Below are positions 10,231-21,394 of a DNA stretch of 64,000 nt, piece by piece. Both the position numbers and the translations under genes were made by a program. Source of the DNA: an uncultured delta proteobacterium (GTDB lineage: Bacteria; Desulfobacterota; Desulfuromonadia; Geobacterales; DSM-12255); the NCBI GenBank assembly GCA_963787125.1, contig CAWBBV010000011.1:192001-256000 (forward strand), written 5' to 3'. The notes under the pieces were generated by a model. The model made no database searches and was not told the DNA's origin. It saw only the letters and a program-made list of their open reading frames with translations. Position 1 is the stretch's first letter. The number at the start of each line of letters is the position of its first letter.

Positions 10231-13200
10231 TTGATGACAACAAATAAATACAGAATTTACATACGCTTGCTTACCACGGTTGCGACAATAGTCCTCTTGA
10301 CGGTCGCCATCAGGTCAAATGCTGCTGCGGAGCTGTATGGCTCGTATCCGGTTGGTAACGTTGCCGGATTAACTATCGGTTTTCGCTGGTTCGATGCCAC
10401 GCATGCCCCTTCATATACGCTTCAGGTTGCCTCAGACGTCGACTTCAATGACAAGCTCTACGATAACCCCAACGCTCCATCTTCACAACTTATCTACGTA
10501 TCTGTTTTTACTGACGACGGTCGCACCTACTACTGGCGGGTCAGCAGGAACGACACCGGATTAACGTCGACAACGCTCTCTTTTGTCAATGGGCCAAGTG
10601 CAGCTCCTGGTATGCCATCTGTTTATGGACCGACCGATGGCACATACCTTGGCGGCAAAAACGGTTTTTTCTGGATGGAGAGCGACAGAGCCTACAGCTA
10701 TAAGGTAACTGCCGCGAACAACAGCAGTTTTAATAACCCTATTATCGATGGGCCACTTCTTAACAGTTATGTTATTTTGACAGACAAGCTTCCTGGCGAT
10801 GGTTCAACGATTTACTGGAAAGCACAAACCTCGAATTCAAAGGGGTGGAGCGCCCCTTCTCCAGTCATCAGTTTTATCAATGACTGTTATATGGCGTCAG
10901 TAGGCTCCGGCGGCGGACTCGACCATATTGACACCTGCACTGACGATTACACTGCCAGAAATGCCAGCTACTATCTGCTGAAAGACATCAGCCGCCGTGC
11001 AAACAATAATCCTCACTTTCATGCAGGCGAAATGGCTGACACCGCTTCGATCATCACCGGTCTCAACAGCGATAACTTGCGGATTGAGGCCGGAAAACTC
11101 AAGGGTACACCTATTGTGCCGCTGGCGGATTTTGACAATAAGTGGGACGAAACGGACAATTCAAAGCGGGACGCAATCAAAGCTCACGTCTACACCGGCA
11201 GATTTTATGACTATCTTCTCGGCACGTTCCTGAAAACAGCCGGCGGTAGTCCTCTCAACTCCTTCGACGGCAGCGGCAGATCCATGTACAACCAGATGAA
11301 CGGCGGGTTGGAATGTAATACGAATACAGCCGCCTATTGGAGCCGTTATACTTGGAATGTGCATTTTTGTACGGCTGGCGTCAGCCAGTATCCAGAACTG
11401 GTCGGGCACGAATGGGGACACGGAGTTGCCGGTACGGCCTCAGACCGGGGATACACCTCATTAGGCGACATAAAAGAGCCCGGCGCACTTGATGAAGCCT
11501 TCTCCGACTGGCTGGGGCTAGCATTCAAAAACGCATTTTTCGGTAGTTCGTGGAATTTCATGTCAGTCAATTTTGGGAATCTGACTCCAAATTACTATTA
11601 CGGTAATGGGTATGTGCTGCCAACCTATTCATGCAATTCCGACAATGACTATTGCGGCATTCATACCAATGCCAATGTGCCAAACACCATGTTCTACCTC
11701 CTTGCCAATGGTGGTGAACATCCGTTTTCGAAGATCAAGGTTGGGAAGCTTAATGGCGGAGTGTTGCAAGGGATCGGCATCGAAACCGCCATGAAGATAG
11801 CTTTCCGTGCGAATATGGAATATTGGTTAAGCGGGGTTTCTTTTTTAGATGCAGCAAGTGGGATGTCTAATGCTGTAATTAAACACTATTCCCAAGACCC
11901 CAACCTCCTTCACCAAGTCAAAAACGCCTGGGCAGCAGTTGGAGTTGGTGGCCTGCCACAACTGACCGTAACCAGCGCCGACAGCAACAAGGGTATTGTG
12001 AACAACCCGGTCAAAATAGCCACAGACGGGGCAAAGAAGCAGTACGAGCCGGTCTGGGGCGGAACCGTGACTGTAGTGGCGACCTCGAATCCAGGGCATG
12101 TATTTGACAGCTGGTTGGAAAACGATTCGGTTGTCATGATACAGGATGATTCATTGATGAAACCCGCGCCTAAGCAGTACACTTTCCCGGTAACAAGTGA
12201 CAGAACTCTCACCGCAAAATTTGTCCCTGTTGGCACAATCACGTTCGACACTGTCAATGTGGGACAGAGCTCGCTGGAGAAGACCATCACCATTACCAAC
12301 AGTTACAAGCCGATCATAAAATTCGGTCAGGTGCAGTTGAATGGCAGTGGCGCAGCTGATTTCAGAATAATCGCCGATACCTGTTCCAATCAGGAAAAAT
12401 ATTTTAGTGAAAGTTGCTCGATTCAACTGGTTTTTACCCCGCACTCCGCAGGACTTCGTGAAGCAACCCTCGATATTTCCGCAACAGATAATAAAACTGG
12501 TCTGAACGCCTTCCCCCCCGCAAGTTACCAGTTAAGCGGTAATGGCGTATATACCGGAGTCTCGGTCACATCTTCTTCCACATCAGGCGGCACAGTCGCC
12601 CTCAGCGGCAGCCAGCTCTGGGGAGGCACAGCGACGGCTACAGCGACACCTAGCAGCGGCTATGCTTTCACCGGCTGGCTTGAAGACGGAGCAAACGTCA
12701 GCTCAGCATTCAGCTACAGCTTCACTGTGACATCTACACGATCTCTGCTCGCCATGTTCTCATCAACCCCGGCGGTGATGACCGCCACACCGATGTCAGG
12801 CAATTTCAGTGCAACGCCAACCGGGGTAACTTCACCGGAGCGCACCTTCACCATCACCAACAACGGACAGCAACCCCTGACTTTTACCTCAATCACCGTC
12901 TCCGGGGTCAATCTCACCGATTTCGGAAACACTTACAACAGTTGTGGCGCTGCATTGTCGCCAAACGCTTCCTGTTCGATTCGCATAAATTTCACCCCGG
13001 CTGCTGCAGGCGTTAGAACGGCAATGATCAACATTGTCACCAACGACCAGGCTACACCGACATATGTTATCCCGCTCTCCGGCTACGGCGGAGCCTCGGT
13101 CATGCGCTATGAAGGCGGCTTCTCCGCCAAGTATTACCCTACGGCTCAGAGCGCATACGATGAATCCCTTGACGGCAACGAGTTACGACTCTGGGCTGCT

Positions 13201-14454
13201 GATTTCAACGAGTCGTTGAATCTCAACCGGTCTGTAAGCACCACCATTCGCGGCGGCTACAACGGCAATTTTGTTGATATCATCGGCAGATCGGCTCTGC
13301 AAGGGGCCTTGACGATCAGCAGCGGCACAGTGATTGTTGATGGATTGCAAATCGGCGGAACAAGTTATCAATCCACCCTCTCCATTAAGGTCGATTCCCC
13401 CGGTTCTGGCACTGTCACCAGCTCGCCTTCTGCTATCAACTGCTCGGGAAGCTGTGCGGCTACACTGGGTTACGGCGACATGATCACTCTCACCGCCTCC
13501 CCGGTCGGCGATGCAACATTCACCGGCTGGTCCGGAGGCGGATGCAGCGGCACGGGCAGCTGTACAGTCACCATGACCGGCGACATGAGCGTAACGGCGC
13601 TGTTCAGCGCAGCCAAGATATCTGTTGTGCCATCTTCAGAAAGCCTGGGGAGTGTTTATGCCGGGACTGCTACCTCACCGCAGACAATCACCGTGTCAAG
13701 TTCAGGGTCTCATGACCTGATACTTGGAACTCTGTCTCTGACCGGAACAGACGCTGCCGAGTTCATCACTTCAGGTGATACCTGTTCAGGCCGCACCCTC
13801 GCACCCACAGCTACCTGCACTATTCAGACTGTATTTGCGCCAACCTCAACCGGAGCCAAAACCGCAAGTATTCTCATCCCCTCCAATGATCCGCAAACAC
13901 CGGTTTTCAACGTTTCGCTGAACGGCATCGGCACGCTGCCGACTATCTCAATTGCCAAGGCCGGAAATGGCTTTGGAACAGTAAGCAGCTCACCCGCCGG
14001 GAACAACTGCGGCAGCAGCTGTACAGCTGCTTTTACGCTGAATTCAACCGTCGCCCTCACCGCAACTCCGGACTTCGGCTATAGCTTCAGCGGCTGGTCA
14101 GGCGCATGCAGCGGTACAGGAAACTGCAATCTGATCATGAGTAGTGATTATTCTGTAACCGCCACCTTTATTGAAATTCCGATTGCTGCCTGTAGCGCCA
14201 ACCCGACCTTTGTAAATGGCAGCGTCTATCCGTCGATTCAAGCTGCCTATAATGCCGCGCCGGATGGCAGCATCATCAAGCTCCTGGCAACGGATATTTA
14301 CGAGAATTTTATCGCCGCCAGACCCATAGCCGTGACCCTTGATGGCGGCTATAAATGCAGCTTTACCTCAACGCAGACTGAAACAGTCATTCACGGGTCA
14401 CCGCAAATAATTGACGGTGCAGTCAATATGATGAACATCAGCGTAGTTGAATAA
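10231..14454 (+). CDS. Large secreted M4 (thermolysin-family) metallopeptidase with FN3-like, InlB-B-like and Ig-like repeats
   Basis: Signal peptide; HEWGH, GALDEAFSD, GIHTNA motifs; repeated FxGW and CSIxxxFxP modules. Confidence 0.88.
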   Translation: MMTTNKYRIYIRLLTTVATIVLLTVAIRSNAAAELYGSYPVGNVAGLTIGFRWFDATHAPSYTLQVASDVDFNDKLYDNPNAPSSQLIYVSVFTDDGRTYYWRVSRNDTGLTSTTLSFVNGPSAAPGMPSVYGPTDGTYLGGKNGFFWMESDRAYSYKVTAANNSSFNNPIIDGPLLNSYVILTDKLPGDGSTIYWKAQTSNSKGWSAPSPVISFINDCYMASVGSGGGLDHIDTCTDDYTARNASYYLLKDISRRANNNPHFHAGEMADTASIITGLNSDNLRIEAGKLKGTPIVPLADFDNKWDETDNSKRDAIKAHVYTGRFYDYLLGTFLKTAGGSPLNSFDGSGRSMYNQMNGGLECNTNTAAYWSRYTWNVHFCTAGVSQYPELVGHEWGHGVAGTASDRGYTSLGDIKEPGALDEAFSDWLGLAFKNAFFGSSWNFMSVNFGNLTPNYYYGNGYVLPTYSCNSDNDYCGIHTNANVPNTMFYLLANGGEHPFSKIKVGKLNGGVLQGIGIETAMKIAFRANMEYWLSGVSFLDAASGMSNAVIKHYSQDPNLLHQVKNAWAAVGVGGLPQLTVTSADSNKGIVNNPVKIATDGAKKQYEPVWGGTVTVVATSNPGHVFDSWLENDSVVMIQDDSLMKPAPKQYTFPVTSDRTLTAKFVPVGTITFDTVNVGQSSLEKTITITNSYKPIIKFGQVQLNGSGAADFRIIADTCSNQEKYFSESCSIQLVFTPHSAGLREATLDISATDNKTGLNAFPPASYQLSGNGVYTGVSVTSSSTSGGTVALSGSQLWGGTATATATPSSGYAFTGWLEDGANVSSAFSYSFTVTSTRSLLAMFSSTPAVMTATPMSGNFSATPTGVTSPERTFTITNNGQQPLTFTSITVSGVNLTDFGNTYNSCGAALSPNASCSIRINFTPAAAGVRTAMINIVTNDQATPTYVIPLSGYGGASVMRYEGGFSAKYYPTAQSAYDESLDGNELRLWAADFNESLNLNRSVSTTIRGGYNGNFVDIIGRSALQGALTISSGTVIVDGLQIGGTSYQSTLSIKVDSPGSGTVTSSPSAINCSGSCAATLGYGDMITLTASPVGDATFTGWSGGGCSGTGSCTVTMTGDMSVTALFSAAKISVVPSSESLGSVYAGTATSPQTITVSSSGSHDLILGTLSLTGTDAAEFITSGDTCSGRTLAPTATCTIQTVFAPTSTGAKTASILIPSNDPQTPVFNVSLNGIGTLPTISIAKAGNGFGTVSSSPAGNNCGSSCTAAFTLNSTVALTATPDFGYSFSGWSGACSGTGNCNLIMSSDYSVTATFIEIPIAACSANPTFVNGSVYPSIQAAYNAAPDGSIIKLLATDIYENFIAARPIAVTLDGGYKCSFTSTQTETVIHGSPQIIDGAVNMMNISVVE

Positions 14455-14521
14455 GGCAACAGATTGGTGGCAGTCGTAAGAGAATTAACTGATAGAATTC
14501 TGATATAAAAGGGGTATAGAA

Positions 14522-14959
14522 ATGAGAAAGCTGAAACTGCTGATCTTCGCCGTTATAATCACAACAGCCGTCACCGCCAATGCAGGCAACGGAGATCTGA
14601 AGGTAAACGGCACAATCAATGCCGGAGTAGGCGGGATCAGATTTCTGAACGGCACAACACTGCATGGCGGAGTAACAGGGGTGCTTGACGCCAAAGGCTG
14701 GACAAAGCTTCCAAACGGTCTGATTATGCAGTGGGGCACTTTTATCATAGGTATCGGAACAGGGCAGGTGGCAGATGAAACCTTTTCTATACCGTTTCCC
14801 AATGCCGTAACATCCGTCACATTCACACCTTTATTTCCGCAGATGTATGTTCAATCATATGTGATCTACTTGCGAGCTCTGACAAATACAAACTTCACTG
14901 CCGGGGTATACAGCTGGTCGAGCAGCCAGAAAGTCTACTACACGGCGATAGGATATTGA
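14522..14959 (+). CDS. Secreted protein with phage tail-fibre C-terminal (gp53-like) domain
   Basis: Signal peptide; GWTKLPNGLIMQWG, FSIPFPN, terminal YYTAIGY. Confidence 0.75.
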   Translation: MRKLKLLIFAVIITTAVTANAGNGDLKVNGTINAGVGGIRFLNGTTLHGGVTGVLDAKGWTKLPNGLIMQWGTFIIGIGTGQVADETFSIPFPNAVTSVTFTPLFPQMYVQSYVIYLRALTNTNFTAGVYSWSSSQKVYYTAIGY

Positions 14960-14989
14960 AAGCAGCAGGCTGATCCTTCACAAGGTCGT

Positions 14990-15362
14990 TAGCTTCGGTT
15001 CTGACGCAGATGAAGCAGGGAGGGCGGCTCTGTGACGGCAGTAAGAATCGATCCTCTGAGAAATCAAGCCAAGCTGGTTAATTTGAGTGACGGTTCCGGG
15101 AAGATTCAGGGGGTGGCTGTTGACGGCTCGGGCAACATATACCTGACCCGTACCGACGGTAGCAGCAGGGCCGGAATTGTTACCCGCAAAATGGGTCAAG
15201 TTCGTTAACAGCAATTCAGCCACGAGCTACATCAATGATATCGCCCTTGATAAAGCTGGAAACTATATACGTAGCGGCGAGGTCGGTAATTCTCCCGACT
15301 CCGGTTACCTGACGATAAAATACTTGAAAATTCCTACGGAAACTGACAAGAACAAGTTATAG
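14990..15362 (+). pseudogene. Decayed SBBP/NHL-type beta-propeller repeat gene
   Basis: Fragments QGVAVDGSGNIYLT and INDIALDKAGN...YLTIKY in different frames, separated by stops. Confidence 0.55.
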
Positions 15363-15416
15363 GGCAATACCTGAGTTCAGCTAAAAAGACTTGCCGATCA
15401 AACAAAAGGGACAGTC

Positions 15417-16205
15417 ATGTTAAAAACCATACTCGCCCGCATTCAGCAGAAGCACCGGACAATTAAATACCCGGATGAACCGGCGGAGCTGCCTGATCTT
15501 TTCCGCGGCTATCCGAAGATTGAGGCTGAAAAGTGTCGGCCTGGGTGCAGTGCCTGTGCGTCAGCGTGCCCATATGGAGCAATAAAAACAGGGGTCAGTA
15601 GTCTGGGGTCGGGGGTCAGTGAAAACCCTGGAATTTCTCTGGATATGGGGCTTTGCATCTTCTGCAATGAGTGCGCTCTTGCCTGTCCGCATGGCGCGAT
15701 AAGTTTTACAACCGAGCATCAACTTGCGACCAGCTCGCGCGATGAACTGGTTGTCATGGCGAACCATCGCCACAACCGGGCAAGAGCCCTTGAAGAGAAG
15801 CGGCTGAAGCTTTTCAGTAATTCCCTGAAACTGCGGGAGGTTTCGGCCGGTGGCTGCAATGCCTGTGAAGCTGATACGAATGTCCTTAATACGGTCGGTT
15901 TTGACCTGGGGAGATTCGGGATCCAGTTTGTTGCCTCGCCGCGCCACGCCGACGGCATCTTTGTCACCGGCCCGGTCAGCGAAAACATGCGGGAAGCGCT
16001 GCTTAAAACCTGGGAGGCAATCCCGGAGCCGAAGATCGCCATTGTCTGCGGCGCCTGTGCCATCGGCGGCGGGCCGTTCCGGGGCAACCCTGAAGTTCAT
16101 AACGGCGTTAACACCCTCATTCCAGTGGATCTTTATATCCCCGGCTGTCCACCTCACCCGCTGACCATTCTTGATGGGCTCCTGCGTATGATCGCCAGAA
16201 TTTGA
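15417..16205 (+). CDS. hyfI: Ferredoxin + NuoB-like fused small subunit (HyfH/HyfI-like, EhrS type)
   Basis: CSACASACP, CIFCNECALACP, GGCNAC, SPRHADG, PGCPP. Confidence 0.88.
   Translation: MLKTILARIQQKHRTIKYPDEPAELPDLFRGYPKIEAEKCRPGCSACASACPYGAIKTGVSSLGSGVSENPGISLDMGLCIFCNECALACPHGAISFTTEHQLATSSRDELVVMANHRHNRARALEEKRLKLFSNSLKLREVSAGGCNACEADTNVLNTVGFDLGRFGIQFVASPRHADGIFVTGPVSENMREALLKTWEAIPEPKIAIVCGACAIGGGPFRGNPEVHNGVNTLIPVDLYIPGCPPHPLTILDGLLRMIARI
15591..15620 (+). repeat. Degenerate heptamer tandem repeat inside the small-subunit CDS
   Basis: GGGGTCA GTAGTCT GGGGTCG GGGGTCA GT. Confidence 0.55.
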
Positions 16206-16327
16206 CTGGCTTTTGCCGTGGATTCCATTCCAGCCCCCCTCCAGGCTTCACGCCGTGATAAAAGACTTGCATGAATCATATTGACATACAATAATGGTAT
16301 CAGTATTTGATTGCGGAGGTAACAGTC

Positions 16328-16564
16328 ATGAAAAGTTGTGTGCCATGTACCCTGAGGCTGGAAGAGAGTATTTATACCCGCGTCAAGGAGATTGCCCGGC
16401 AACAGCATACATCCTTTACTGCCTTTGTTCAGGGAGCTTTGGCTGACGTGCTGAAAAAAGAGGAGCAGAAAGCGCTATACGAAGCCTTTTCTCTTGCCGG
16501 AGATGACTCTGATGTTGATTTTGCCGCAGCAGCCCAGCACGAGGTAATCGAGCGCCATGAGTAA
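16328..16564 (+). CDS. Ribbon-helix-helix antitoxin
   Basis: GGAGGT RBS before ATG 16328; TLRLEESIYTRVKEIA..SFTAFV; acidic tail; overlaps toxin. Confidence 0.75.
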   Translation: MKSCVPCTLRLEESIYTRVKEIARQQHTSFTAFVQGALADVLKKEEQKALYEAFSLAGDDSDVDFAAAAQHEVIERHE

Positions 16565-16910
16565 ACTGCCAAAACGAGGTGAAATCTGGCTTCTTGACTG
16601 GTCGCCTTCCCGAGGCTCCGAGCAGAGCGGCTTTCGACCGGCGCTGATTATCCAGACAGATGCCGCCAACCGCAATCCCGGCTACCCCAACACGATTATT
16701 CTGGCAATCAGCACCAAGGGGAAATCTGTCCCTTTTCATGTTACCATTCCGCCTGATCAGAAAAACGGATTGACTGAAGTTTCATATATAAAATGTGAGC
16801 AGGTTTTGACTGTTGCCAAGGAACGTCTGGTGAAAAAGCTCGGCGCAGTTGATGAAAAAACCATTGGCCAGGTTGCGCAGGCTGTGCGACTGGTGCTTGA
16901 GATCGGATAG
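16557..16910 (+). CDS. PemK/MazF-family toxin
   Basis: KRGEIWL..PSRGSEQSGFRPALIIQ, CEQV..KERL..KLG. Confidence 0.92.
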   Translation: MSKLPKRGEIWLLDWSPSRGSEQSGFRPALIIQTDAANRNPGYPNTIILAISTKGKSVPFHVTIPPDQKNGLTEVSYIKCEQVLTVAKERLVKKLGAVDEKTIGQVAQAVRLVLEIG

Positions 16911-19500
<2,590 letters not shown>

Positions 19501-19503
19501 CAT

Positions 19504-19836
19504 ATGAATATTATTAAATTTCTTGTTCAAGGATCAGCATCGGAACCATATAAAGTGACCTTCCAAAAGAAAGACAACAACTTATCAGCCTTCTGTACAT
19601 GCCCTGCTGGAGATAACGGACAGTACTGCAAGCATCGTTTCAGCATTCTTGGCGGCTTTAATGACGGGATTGTTAGTGGAAATATAGCAGACGTTCAGAT
19701 TGTCGCATCATGGTTGCCAGGTACTGACGTAGAAACAGCATTGAATACTGTGATGGATGCAGAAGAGAAAAGTGAGCATGCTAAAAGAGAATTATCTGAA
19801 GCAAAAAAACGTTTAGCAAAAGCATTCAGAGACTAG
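19504..19836 (+). CDS. SWIM zinc-finger protein
   Basis: VQGS..PYKV...CTCPAG...YCKH. Confidence 0.8.
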   Translation: MNIIKFLVQGSASEPYKVTFQKKDNNLSAFCTCPAGDNGQYCKHRFSILGGFNDGIVSGNIADVQIVASWLPGTDVETALNTVMDAEEKSEHAKRELSEAKKRLAKAFRD

Positions 19837-19859
19837 CCATTTTTAACAGGAGATTCGGG

Positions 19860-20135
19860 ATGAATCGCAGGGTAAGGATTGTAGTCACCGGCATTGTCCA
19901 GGGGGTCAACTTTCGCCGTTATACCCAGCTGACGGCCGCAAAGCTCGGGGTAACCGGCTGGGTGCGCAACACCCCCGGCGGCGCAGTGGAAGGGTGTTTC
20001 GAAGGGGAAGTAGCTGCTGTCAGTGCCCTGATAGAATGGTGCCGCACAGGTCCACCGAATGGCCGGGTCGACTCTCTTGAATTAGTGGAAGAGCAGTTCG
20101 CCGCCGAGTTTAACAGCTTCAGCATAAGGCAGTGA
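19860..20135 (+). CDS. acyP: Acylphosphatase
   Basis: GIVQGVNFR, GWVRN, GPP. Confidence 0.93.
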   Translation: MNRRVRIVVTGIVQGVNFRRYTQLTAAKLGVTGWVRNTPGGAVEGCFEGEVAAVSALIEWCRTGPPNGRVDSLELVEEQFAAEFNSFSIRQ

Positions 20136-20210
20136 ACCTCGCTCTTGTCATCCTCCACAAAAAGGTGTATCCATAGCCTCCCTCTACATAATCAATAAAG
20201 GAGTTTCTCC

Positions 20211-21380
20211 ATGGGAATACTTGCAAACAGTGTCAGCATCTGCCAATTTCAGGTTGTTGGCGACCAGCCTGAAGGGAATATTTTTGACTGGATCGCTGCC
20301 TGCCTCGATAAATACGCCTTTGGCAGTATCGAAGAGTGCGCTGATGAACTTTCTATCGGCTGGGTACAGACCGATGACTATCAAAAAGCCGATTTTTCCG
20401 GCAGGCAGCCGTTTCGCCACGACCACTACGTCAGCTTCAGTCTGCGCCGTGACCAGCGCCGGATACCGACTCCTCTCCTGAAAGCCTACCAGCAGATTGC
20501 CGAACATGAATTCCTCAATGCCAATCCCGGTTTTTTCAGGGTTCCAAAACAGAAGAAAGAGGATATCCGTGACGCTGTCCGCCTCTCTCTTCTGACAAGA
20601 ACACTCCCCTCACCGGCCATGTACGATATTGTCTGGGATACCAGAAACGGCCTTGTTACCCTGGCTTCGCTCAGTGCAAAGATCATCGATCTCTTTGAGA
20701 CCGAGTTCAAAAAGAGTTTCCCCGGCCTGCGACTGCTGATGATCCATCCGTTTGCCCGCGCACAGCGCGTCGCTCCCGAAGGATTGGCCGAGGAACTTGA
20801 GAAAGCAAATCTTGCGTCAACCGAATCAGTCATCGACCTGATCAGGACAAACAGCTGGATCGGGCAGGATTTCCTCCTCTGGCTTTTACATCAGACAGTG
20901 GAAGGCTCCGGTGAGCACAGGGTTACGACTCCCGGGATCTTCCTTAAAAACGAGCCGTTTACGGCTTTCATGAATGATCGGCTCATACTGCAGGCAAACG
21001 GTGAAACCGGATTGCAGCGCGTCACCGTTGCCGGGGCTCAGGACGATTTCCGCGAGGTGCTGGCGGCGCTGCGCATGGGGAAGTGCATTACTGAAGCGAC
21101 TATTCATTTTGAAAAAGATGAAAATGCCTGGAAACTGACCCTCAAAGGTGAGCTTTTTCATTTCGGCTCATTCAAGTGCCCGGCAGTTCAGCTGGAAAAG
21201 GATAGCACTGTTGACAGGGATGCCGAGATTGAGGCCGTTTTTTTCGAACGGATGCATCTGCTGGAAAGCGGCAGTCAGCTTTTCGACTCACTGTTTGCTG
21301 CGTTTCTGGCAGAGCGGCTTGCGGAAAAATGGCAGGGTAAAATGGCGCTTATAAAGGAATGGATAAACGCGGTTGATTAA
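20211..21380 (+). CDS. RdgC-like recombination-associated protein
   Basis: ELSIGWV, LRRDQRRIP, GQDFLLWL pattern. Confidence 0.7.
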   Translation: MGILANSVSICQFQVVGDQPEGNIFDWIAACLDKYAFGSIEECADELSIGWVQTDDYQKADFSGRQPFRHDHYVSFSLRRDQRRIPTPLLKAYQQIAEHEFLNANPGFFRVPKQKKEDIRDAVRLSLLTRTLPSPAMYDIVWDTRNGLVTLASLSAKIIDLFETEFKKSFPGLRLLMIHPFARAQRVAPEGLAEELEKANLASTESVIDLIRTNSWIGQDFLLWLLHQTVEGSGEHRVTTPGIFLKNEPFTAFMNDRLILQANGETGLQRVTVAGAQDDFREVLAALRMGKCITEATIHFEKDENAWKLTLKGELFHFGSFKCPAVQLEKDSTVDRDAEIEAVFFERMHLLESGSQLFDSLFAAFLAERLAEKWQGKMALIKEWINAVD

Positions 21381-21394
21381 TTCCAAACGGCCTC

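Noticed and set aside
14522..14959. Diversity-generating retroelement target
   Set aside because: No reverse transcriptase and no template/variable repeat pair seen in the window.
8807..15416. Prophage
   Set aside because: Only one fibre-like domain; no structural, replication or integration genes.
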